From: a virus | Taxonomy: Duplodnaviria; Heunggongvirae; Uroviricota; Caudoviricetes | Length of the DNA: 10,151 nucleotides | Direction: 5' to 3' (one strand) | Virus record (IMG/VR): IMGVR_UViG_2534681762_000008 | Shown: positions 1-6,543 of the stretch, piece by piece | How the letters are laid out: every line of letters begins with the position of its first letter | Position numbering within the stretch: position 1 is the first letter of the stretch | The notes under the pieces: model-generated | The model's database searches: none | Told to the model about the DNA's origin: nothing | Seen by the model: the letters and a program-made list of their open reading frames with translations, nothing else | Made by a program: the position numbers and the translations under genes

Positions 1-1254
1 ATGCTGGAACAAATGGGCATTGCCGCGAAGCAAGCCTCGTATAAATTAGCGCAACTCTCCAGCCGCGAAAAAAATCGCGTGCTGGAAAAAATCGCCGATG
101 AACTGGAAGCACAAAGCGAAATCATCCTCAACGCTAACGCCCAGGATGTTGCTGACGCGCGTGCCAATGGCCTTGGCGAAGCGATGCTTGACCGTCTGGC
201 ACTGACGCCCGCACGGCTGAAAGGCATTGCCGATGATGTGCGCCAGGTGTGTAACCTCGCCGATCCGGTGGGGCAGGTAATCGATGGCAGCGTACTGGAC
301 AGCGGCCTGCGTCTTGAGCGTCGTCGCGTACCGCTGGGGGTTATTGGCGTGATTTATGAAGCGCGCCCGAACGTGACGGTTGATGTCGCTTCGCTGTGCC
401 TGAAAACCGGTAACGCAGTGATTCTGCGTGGCGGTAAAGAAACCTGTCGCACTAACGCGGCAACGGTGGCGGTGATTCAGGACGCCCTGAAATCCTGTGG
501 CTTACCGGTGGGTGCCGTGCAGGCGATTGATAATCCTGACCGTGCGCTGGTCAGTGAAATGCTGCGTATGGATAAATACATCGACATGCTGATCCCGCGT
601 GGTGGCGCTGGTTTGCATAAACTGTGCCGCGAACAGTCGACGATCCCGGTGATCACAGGTGGTATAGGCGTATGCCATATTTATGTTGATGAAAGTGTAG
701 AGATTGCTGAAGCATTAAAAGTGATCGTCAACGCGAAAACTCAGCGTCCGAGCACATGTAATACGGTAGAAACGTTGCTGGTGAATAAAAACATCGCCGA
801 TAGCTTCCTGCCCGCATTAAGCAAACAAATGGAGGAAAGCGGCGTGGCATTACACGCAGATGCAGCTGCGCTGGCGCAGTTGCAGACAGGCCCCGCGAAG
901 GTGGTGGCTGTTAAAGCGGAAGAGTATGACGATGAGTTTCTGTCATTAGATTTGAACGTCAAAATCGTCAGTGATCTTGACGATGCCATCGCCCATATTC
1001 GTGAACACGGCACACAACACTCCGATGCGATCCTGACCCGCGATATGCGCAACGCCCAGCGTTTTGTTAACGAAGTGGATTCGTCCGCTGTTTACGTTAA
1101 CGCCTCTACGCGTTTTACCGACGGCGGCCAGTTTGGACTAGGTGCGGAAGTGGCGGTAAGCACACAAAAACTCCACGCGCGTGGCCCAATGGGGCTGGAA
1201 GCACTGACCACTTACAAGTGGATCGGTATTGGTGATTACACCATTCGTGCGTAA
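1..1254 (+). CDS. proA: Gamma-glutamyl phosphate reductase (glutamate-5-semialdehyde dehydrogenase), complete 417 aa
   Basis: Full-length ORF whose translation ([38 protein letters not shown]...) I recognise as E. coli-type ProA; ATG at window position 1, TAA at 1252-1254; proA-thrW adjacency is the known chromosomal arrangement. Confidence 0.96.
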   Translation: MLEQMGIAAKQASYKLAQLSSREKNRVLEKIADELEAQSEIILNANAQDVADARANGLGEAMLDRLALTPARLKGIADDVRQVCNLADPVGQVIDGSVLDSGLRLERRRVPLGVIGVIYEARPNVTVDVASLCLKTGNAVILRGGKETCRTNAATVAVIQDALKSCGLPVGAVQAIDNPDRALVSEMLRMDKYIDMLIPRGGAGLHKLCREQSTIPVITGGIGVCHIYVDESVEIAEALKVIVNAKTQRPSTCNTVETLLVNKNIADSFLPALSKQMEESGVALHADAAALAQLQTGPAKVVAVKAEEYDDEFLSLDLNVKIVSDLDDAIAHIREHGTQHSDAILTRDMRNAQRFVNEVDSSAVYVNASTRFTDGGQFGLGAEVAVSTQKLHARGPMGLEALTTYKWIGIGDYTIRA

Positions 1255-1299
1255 ATAAAACCGGGTGATGCAAAAGTAGCCATTTGATTCACAAGGCCA

Positions 1300-1328
1300 T
1301 TGACGCATCGCCCGGTTAGTTTTAACCT
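1300..1328 (+). promoter_or_regulatory. Candidate sigma70 promoter for thrW (-35 TTGACG 1300-1305, 17-bp spacer, -10 TAACCT 1323-1328)
   Basis: Hexamers read directly from sequence about 40 bp upstream of the tRNA 5' end; the -10 is a weak match, so this is a positional guess only. Confidence 0.3.
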
Positions 1329-1368
1329 TGTCCACCGTGATTCACGTTCGTGAACATGTCCTTTCAGG

Positions 1369-1444
1369 GCCGATATAGCTCAGTTGGTAGAGCAGCGCAT
1401 TCGTAATGCGAAGGTCGTAGGTTCGACTCCTATTATCGGCACCA
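1369..1444 (+). tRNA. thrW: tRNA-Thr, anticodon CGT, 76 nt including encoded CCA
   Basis: Sequence GCCGATATAGCTCAGTTGGTAGAGCAGCGCATTCGTAATGCGAAGGTCGTAGGTTCGACTCCTATTATCGGCACCA folds as a cloverleaf: 7-bp acceptor stem GCCGATA/TATCGGC, anticodon stem GCGCA/TGCGC with loop TTCGTAA, T-arm GGTTCGACTCC. Confidence 0.95.
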
Positions 1445-1458
1445 TTTAAATCAATAAG

Positions 1459-2622
1459 TTACACATCATTAGTACCTTCCTTATTTTTTGACTGGGACAA
1501 ATTTGGGACCGATGGGTTTAGGATCGAGTCTATTTGCCGTGCGTGTTCGGTAAGGTGATTAGGTGCAAGGTGAGCATATCGACGAACCATTTCGATAGAC
1601 TCCCAGCCTCCCATTTCCTGTAACACTGACAACGGGACTCCGGCTTGAACCAGCCAACTTGCCCAGGTGTGTCTCAAGTCGTGAAATCTGAAATCATCAA
1701 TACCAGCCCGTCTCAGCGCCGCTTTCCAGGCTGTGTTTGCGTCATACCGCATCTTCCTGACTGTTGGCGCTTTCGTTCCGTCTGGTTTGGTACAGCTTTC
1801 CTTGTACACAAATACCCAACGGTGATGATTCCCGATTTGTTTTTTCAATACGCGACATGCAGTATCATTCAGCGCAACGCCAATTGCGCGGTTTGATTTA
1901 CTCTCTTCCGGGTTTATCCATGCCACCCGGCGCTGCATATCTATTTGTTGCCATTCAAGGTTGATGATGTTCGAGCGTCTTAGGCCTGTTGCCAGTGCAA
2001 ATTCAACAACAGACTTTAATGGCTCCGGACATTCATCAATCAGCCTTTGTGCTTCATGGGGCTCCAGCCAGCGGATCCGTTTATTCTTTGGTTGGGGCAC
2101 TTTAATAATTGGTGCCTTATCCAGCATTTTCCATTCACGCTCTGCGGCTCTTAGTAGGGCCTTTATAAATGAAAGATGCGTAGCCTTCGTTGCAACGGAC
2201 GCTGGTTTTGGCGTGTATTCTGGAACAGGTTTCCCTTTTTTTCTGCATGCTTCTGCCCTGAGTTTCCAGTTTTCCTCATGACGCCGGTTCGTCATTTTCT
2301 GCATTGCTGAATAAATTTTTGATTCAGTAATGTCTCTTAGTTGCATTCCTGCGAAATGTTGAAGCCAGAATCCGATCCGGCTTTTGTCATCGTCCAGTGA
2401 TTTTTTATGTGCTTTCTCTTCAAGCCACCTGACACACGCTTCCTCGAACGTTATATCAGGTATTTCACCAAGTTTGCTGACCCGCCATGCTTCAGCCTTT
2501 AGCTTGTCATGGAGTTCTGTCGCCTGCCTTTTGTCCTTTGTTCCAAGAGACTGTTTAAATCTTTTACCGTTCGGCAATGTGAAACTGGCGTACCATATTT
2601 CACCTCTGCGGAAGAGTGACAT
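1459..2622 (-). CDS. int: Phage tyrosine integrase (P22/SfV-like site-specific recombinase), 387 aa
   Basis: 387-aa ORF starting 15 bp from the tRNA 3' end and reading away from it; N-terminus [22 protein letters not shown] and the C-terminal HDLRHTWAS...VRRYAHL motifs (catalytic R-H-R-Y family) match P22-type integrases from memory; 5' end overlaps xis by 124 nt. Confidence 0.93.
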   Translation of the reverse strand: MSLFRRGEIWYASFTLPNGKRFKQSLGTKDKRQATELHDKLKAEAWRVSKLGEIPDITFEEACVRWLEEKAHKKSLDDDKSRIGFWLQHFAGMQLRDITESKIYSAMQKMTNRRHEENWKLRAEACRKKGKPVPEYTPKPASVATKATHLSFIKALLRAAEREWKMLDKAPIIKVPQPKNKRIRWLEPHEAQRLIDECPEPLKSVVEFALATGLRRSNIINLEWQQIDMQRRVAWINPEESKSNRAIGVALNDTACRVLKKQIGNHHRWVFVYKESCTKPDGTKAPTVRKMRYDANTAWKAALRRAGIDDFRFHDLRHTWASWLVQAGVPLSVLQEMGGWESIEMVRRYAHLAPNHLTEHARQIDSILNPSVPNLSQSKNKEGTNDV

Positions 2623-2849
2623 TTTCTTTCCTCTGTTATGCCATCACCCGCGCTCACCTGGACAGTATGCAGCGGAGACTGAAGAGCCGCAATGCAGGCT
2701 TGTCGTGTTGTGAGGTAAGGAGATTTATTCTTAGTGGGATCTTTGCGTGTTGCCTGAAGACGCCCTGTGCGTATCCAGTTAATGGCAGTCGGTCTGGATA
2801 TCTTGAGAAAATGACAGGCCTCATCGAGTGTGAGGCTGTATGGCTCCAT
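2499..2849 (-). CDS. xis: Excisionase (Xis), 116 aa from the internal ATG at 2847-2849
   Basis: Small ORF immediately upstream of and overlapping int; [32 protein letters not shown] resembles P22-type Xis as I recall it. I prefer the internal ATG because it overlaps the stop of the upstream gene in a TAATG junction; the track's longer 144-aa form would overlap that gene. Confidence 0.8.
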   Translation of the reverse strand: MEPYSLTLDEACHFLKISRPTAINWIRTGRLQATRKDPTKNKSPYLTTRQACIAALQSPLHTVQVSAGDGITEERKCHSSAEVKYGTPVSHCRTVKDLNSLLEQRTKGRRQNSMTS

Positions 2850-3154
2850 TATTTCACCTCTTGCTGTGACATTGTTGAAAAATGGATACCAGCTCGTTGC
2901 TGCCAGACGATCCAACCGAGAGTCATATCCCATGCCATGTATTCGTTATCGCCGTTTTTTGCTCTCCGACGATCTACTAAGTCACCGAAACGCTTTTCCA
3001 TGAATAATTCATAAGCTTCGCGTTCATCTGGTTCTACTTCCAGAGATAGGAGTGCGATTTCATAAGCACGGCGCTCAATATCGTCTCGCACGTCAAGGCT
3101 GCTGATACGCTCTTTAATTTCTTTAATCAGTTCTTTGTCGGTAAAAGTGGTCAT
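2849..3154 (-). CDS. Hypothetical phage early-left protein, 101 aa, acidic, no family recognised
   Basis: ORF bounded by TAATG start/stop overlaps on both sides (2847-2851 and 3152-3156), so it is translationally coupled within the leftward operon; family not recognised. Confidence 0.7.
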   Translation of the reverse strand: MTTFTDKELIKEIKERISSLDVRDDIERRAYEIALLSLEVEPDEREAYELFMEKRFGDLVDRRRAKNGDNEYMAWDMTLGWIVWQQRAGIHFSTMSQQEVK

Positions 3155-3516
3155 TATGCTCCAGCCTCCGGTGCTTTTGGCATTACTGCCCAGTGAGTGA
3201 TATTGACGTTTTCAAGGTCCCCGACCTGAAATGTCCATTGCCATTCTCCGGTTTCTTTTTGTCCCCAGGTGTACCAGAGAGAACGCCAGCCAATTAGCCA
3301 GCCTTCTCCGTTAGCATCGAATAACAAAACACTTTCATTTGCTGGTGGCAGTTCAGTTGACACTGGTATTACTTTGTTTTCCTGTGCTGCACATTTAGCT
3401 TCAAGCGCATCGAATTTACGCACTAGGTATTCAGCATCTGTTTTATTTACTTTCAGATCTCGCGGTACACATCTCCCACGAAGAAACCCTTCCATTTCGA
3501 AAACATTCATGCGCAT
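3154..3516 (-). CDS. DUF551-like phage protein, 120 aa
   Basis: C-terminal half (ELPP...VLLFD...GW...W...W...THWAVMPKAPE) resembles the DUF551 signature common in enterobacterial prophage early regions; GGAG lies 8 nt upstream of the ATG; start overlaps the HD gene stop by 10 nt. Confidence 0.75.
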   Translation of the reverse strand: MRMNVFEMEGFLRGRCVPRDLKVNKTDAEYLVRKFDALEAKCAAQENKVIPVSTELPPANESVLLFDANGEGWLIGWRSLWYTWGQKETGEWQWTFQVGDLENVNITHWAVMPKAPEAGA

Positions 3517-4043
3517 TTGCGTAACTCCGATAACTCGTTAAAGCGTTCCATAAACATCCCGTAGACATGGCCCGGTGCCAGTGGAATCACGTTGAACATC
3601 TCTGTTGCCGGGATACCTTCCAGTACAGGCCAGAAAGAGCCATCATCAAGCCCGAGATCGCGGCGTTCGGTTGCCAGCATGATGAGATCGGCATATTTCA
3701 CGGGCGTACTCATAACTGGGGGTAACCCGTATTTCTCACGGATTACGGCGTCTATTTTTTCTTCCATTTGTTTATAGTCAGGAAGAAGGCGTTTCAGTGG
3801 TGCGGGAATGTCCTGGCAATACGCTTCTGTTGCATCATGCATTAACGCTTCAAAAGCAAATTCCTGCGGCACCAGCTGGCTGCAAAGAACCGCATGTTGG
3901 GCGACGCTGTAGAAGTGCGAAAGATGACCGGCAAAGCGACAGATATTTGAAAGGGAAACCGCGATATCGTTAATATCGATGTCGTCTTTATTTATCCTGT
4001 CATAATAAAAATGCTTCCCGGAAAAAGTTTTAATAAATGACAT
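3507..4043 (-). CDS. HD-domain phosphohydrolase, YfbR-like 5'-deoxynucleotidase family, 178 aa from ATG 4041-4043
   Basis: Contains H...HD metal-binding motifs (RFAGHLSH ... ALMHDATEAY) and a later acidic residue in the pattern of small HD nucleotidases; GGAG (complement of 4050-4053) sits 6 nt upstream of the ATG. The track's longer form begins at a GTG at 4068-4070 with no SD. Confidence 0.82.
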   Translation of the reverse strand: MSFIKTFSGKHFYYDRINKDDIDINDIAVSLSNICRFAGHLSHFYSVAQHAVLCSQLVPQEFAFEALMHDATEAYCQDIPAPLKRLLPDYKQMEEKIDAVIREKYGLPPVMSTPVKYADLIMLATERRDLGLDDGSFWPVLEGIPATEMFNVIPLAPGHVYGMFMERFNELSELRKCA

Positions 4044-4199
4044 TTTGTTCTCCACGTATATGCGCTGCACCGCGCTGAATTCTGGTAAAAAAAATCCCTC
4101 ACCATCCGGCGATTATTGAGTAAATTACGTTTCCATAAATGCCCTCGCAGGGGCATTTGCAGTAATGAAATCAGGCAATGAAAGGGTAATGACTCCAAC

Positions 4200-4703
4200 T
4201 TATTGATAGTGTTTTATGTTCAGATAATGCCCGATGACTTTGTCATGCAGCTCCACCGATTTTGAGAACGACAGCGACTTCCGTCCCAGCCGTGCCAGGT
4301 GCTGCCTCAGATTCAGGTTATGCCGCTCAATTCGCTGCGTATATCGCTTGCTGATTACGTGCAGCTTTCCCTTCAGGCGGGATTCATACAGCGGCCAGCC
4401 ATCCGTCATCCATATCACCACGTCAAAGGGTGACAGCAGGCTCATAAGACGCCCCAGCGTCGCCATAGTGCGTTCACCGAATACGTGCGCAACAACCGTC
4501 TTCCGGAGACTGTCATACGCGTAAAACAGCCAGCGCTGGCGCGATTTAGCCCCGACATAGCCCCACTGTTCGTCCATTTCCGCGCAGACGATGACGTCAC
4601 TGCCCGGCTGTATGCGCGAGGTTACCGACTGCGGCCTGAGTTTTTTAAGTGACGTAAAATCGTGTTGAGGCCAACGCCCATAATGCGGGCAGTTGCCCGG
4701 CAT
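4200..4703 (-). CDS. insB: IS1 InsB' (catalytic part of transposase, made as InsAB' by -1 frameshift)
   Basis: Translation ...[64 protein letters not shown]... matches IS1 InsB; it overlaps insA in the -1 frame. Confidence 0.92.
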
Positions 4704-4897
4704 CCAACGCCATTCATGGCCATATCAATGATTTTCTGGTGCGTACCGGGTTGAGAAGCGGTGTAAGTGAACTGCAGTTGCCATGTTTTACGGCAGTGAG
4801 AGCAGAGATAGCGCTGATGTCCGGCGGTGCTTTTGCCGTTACGCACCACCCCGTCAGTAGCTGAACAGGAGGGACAGCTGATAGAAACAGAAGCCAC
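4622..4897 (-). CDS. insA: IS1 InsA (transposition inhibitor / N-terminal part of InsAB' transposase), 91 aa
   Basis: Translation [42 protein letters not shown]... matches IS1 InsA; coordinates fall at the expected offsets inside the 768-bp element. Confidence 0.93.
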
Positions 4898-4952
4898 TGG
4901 AGCACCTCAAAAACACCATCATACACTAAATCAGTAAGTTGACAGCATCACC

Positions 4953-5813
4953 CAGATACAGAAGGTTCAGGTTGATACAAATAATAACCTGAACAGCATG
5001 TGGGCTGTGAAGCTGCAGCAGATGCAGGACGGACGCCTTTATATCGCGGGTATTGGTGCCGGTATTGAGAATACCCCTGACGGCATGCAGAGTCAGGTGC
5101 TGCTGGCGGCGGACAGGATTGCGATGGTTAATCCTGCGAATGGCAACACAAAACCGATGTTTGTTGGTCAGGGCGATCAGATATTCATGAACGACGTGTT
5201 CCTGAAACGCCTGACGGCTCCCACCATTACCAGCGGTGGAAATCCGCCGGCATTTTCCCTGACACCAGACGGAAAGCTGACCGCTAAAAATGCGGATATC
5301 AGCGGTAATGTGAATGCAAATTCAGGGACGCTCAACAATGTCACGATTAATGAAAACTGTCAGATTAAGGGGAAACTGTCAGCCAATCAGATTGAAGGCG
5401 ATATTGTCAAAACGGTCAGCAAGTCTTTCCCCCGCACGAACAGTTATGCCAGTGGCACCATCACGGTAAGAATCAGTGATGATCAGAAATTTGACCGGCA
5501 GGTCATGATACCGCCAGTGTTATTCCGCGGTGGTAAGCATGAGAATTTCAACAGTAATAACCAACAGTCATACTGGTATTCAACCTGCCGGTTAAGAGTG
5601 ACCCGCAATGGTCAGGAGATTTTTAATCAGTCCACGACGGATGCTCAGGGCGTATTTTCCTCAGTTATAGATATGCCTGCCGGACAGGGGACGCTGACAC
5701 TGACATTCACCGTATCTTCATCAGGAGCGAATAACTGGACACCAACAACCAGTATCAGCGATCTGCTGGTTGTGGTGATGAAAAAATCCACAGCAGGTAT
5801 CAGTATCAGCTGA
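4953..5813 (+). pseudogene. J: 3' fragment (about 287 codons) of a lambda-J-like tail tip / host-specificity gene, truncated by IS1
   Basis: The frame is open from the first base after IS1 ([23 protein letters not shown]...) to TGA 5811-5813. The sequence resembles the C-terminal receptor-binding region of lambda J as I recall it. Everything upstream of this segment is missing and there is no SD before the internal Met at 4998. Confidence 0.85.
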
Positions 5814-5831
5814 ATTTTATAACCCAGAACG

Positions 5832-5856
5832 GGCGTCAGAAATGACGCCTTTTTTA
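5832..5856 (+). terminator. Rho-independent terminator after the J fragment
   Basis: Hairpin GGCGTCA-GAAA-TGACGCC (5832-5849) followed by a T-run (5850-5855). Confidence 0.65.
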
Positions 5857-5879
5857 TTGCAGAAAAGCGAGAGGTAATT

Positions 5880-6479
5880 ATGCGTAAACTTTATGCCGCC
5901 ATTTTGTCCGCAGCCATTTGTCTGGCCGTATCCGGTGCGCCTGCATGGGCGTCTGAACATCAGTCCACGCTGAGCGCGGGGTATCTTCATGCCCGGACGA
6001 ACGTTCCCGGCAGTGATGATCTGAACGGGATTAACGTGAAATACCGTTATGAGTTTACGGACACACTGGGGATGGTGACGTCGTTCAGCTATGCAGGAGA
6101 CAAGAATCGCCAGATTACCCGTTACAGCGATACCCGCTGGCATGAAGATTCCGTTCGTAACCGCTGGTTCAGCGTAATGGCGGGGCCGTCTGTGCGCGTG
6201 AATGAATGGTTCAGCGCGTATGCGATGGCGGGTGTGGCTTACAGCCGTGTGTCGACTTTCTCCGGGGATTATCTCCGCGTAACTGACAACAAGGGGAAAA
6301 AGCACGATGTGCTGACCGGAAGTGATGACGGTCGCCACAGCAACACGTCTCTGGCGTGGGGAGCTGGCGTGCAGTTTAACCCGACCGAATCCGTGGCCAT
6401 TGATGTCGCTTATGAAGGCTCCGGCAGTGGTGACTGGCGCACTGACGGGTTCATCGTGGGTGTTGGTTATAAATTCTGA
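5880..6479 (+). CDS. lom: Lom outer-membrane protein (Ail/Lom/PagC beta-barrel family), 199 aa with signal peptide
   Basis: Translation [24 protein letters not shown]... has an N-terminal signal peptide and a C-terminal ...GVGYKF typical of Ail/Lom barrels; SD GAGG 5871-5874; position between J and stf matches lambda. Confidence 0.92.
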   Translation: MRKLYAAILSAAICLAVSGAPAWASEHQSTLSAGYLHARTNVPGSDDLNGINVKYRYEFTDTLGMVTSFSYAGDKNRQITRYSDTRWHEDSVRNRWFSVMAGPSVRVNEWFSAYAMAGVAYSRVSTFSGDYLRVTDNKGKKHDVLTGSDDGRHSNTSLAWGAGVQFNPTESVAIDVAYEGSGSGDWRTDGFIVGVGYKF

Positions 6480-6505
6480 TTAGCCAGGTAACACAGTGTT
6501 ATGAC

Positions 6506-6532
6506 AGCCCGCCGGTTCAGGCGGGCTTTTTT
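6506..6532 (+). terminator. Rho-independent terminator after lom
   Basis: Hairpin AGCCCGCC-GGTTCA-GGCGGGCT (6506-6527) running into TTTTTT (6527-6532). Confidence 0.7.
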
Positions 6533-6543
6533 GTGGGGTGAAT

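Larger units (their letters stand above)
4185..4952 (-). mobile_element. IS1 insertion sequence, complete 768 bp, inverted relative to the window
   Basis: Terminal inverted repeats read directly: GGTAATGACTCCAACTTATTGAT at 4185 and its partner ending ...GTTGACAGCATCACC at 4952 (one mismatch to canonical GTTGGCAGC); contains insA and insB' with the A6C frameshift motif (TTTTTTAAGT on + strand around 4640-4650). Confidence 0.95.

Noticed and set aside
741-1335. Antisense ORFs 741-1052 and 1138-1335 overlapping proA and the proA-thrW spacer
   Set aside because: They are antisense to proA or lie in the tRNA promoter region, with no coding signal.
1338-1351. Short palindrome TTCACG-TT-CGTGAA just upstream of thrW
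   Set aside because: It has only 6-bp arms in a promoter-proximal region and could arise by chance; I have no basis to assign a binding factor.
1645-2281. Three + strand ORFs (83, 66 and 106 aa) inside the integrase gene
   Set aside because: Antisense to the integrase, short, with no SD; typical shadow ORFs.
2616-3777. + strand ORFs 2616-3014, 3269-3541 and 3592-3777 opposite the early-left genes
   Set aside because: Antisense to a translationally coupled operon with clear homology on the minus strand.
3992-4198. 68-aa minus-strand ORF spanning the IS1 boundary
   Set aside because: It would start inside the IS1 inverted repeat and run through the HD gene upstream region in another frame; it has no support and is a junction artifact.
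4714-4926. 70-aa minus-strand ORF inside IS1 overlapping insA
   Set aside because: It is an alternate frame of the IS1 sequence; IS1 coding capacity is accounted for by insA and insB'.
4998-5813. Track ORF presented as a 271-aa gene starting at Met 4998
   Set aside because: The frame is open upstream to the IS1 boundary and matches the C-terminus of a J-like protein. There is no SD before the Met, so it is a truncated gene fragment, not an independent gene.
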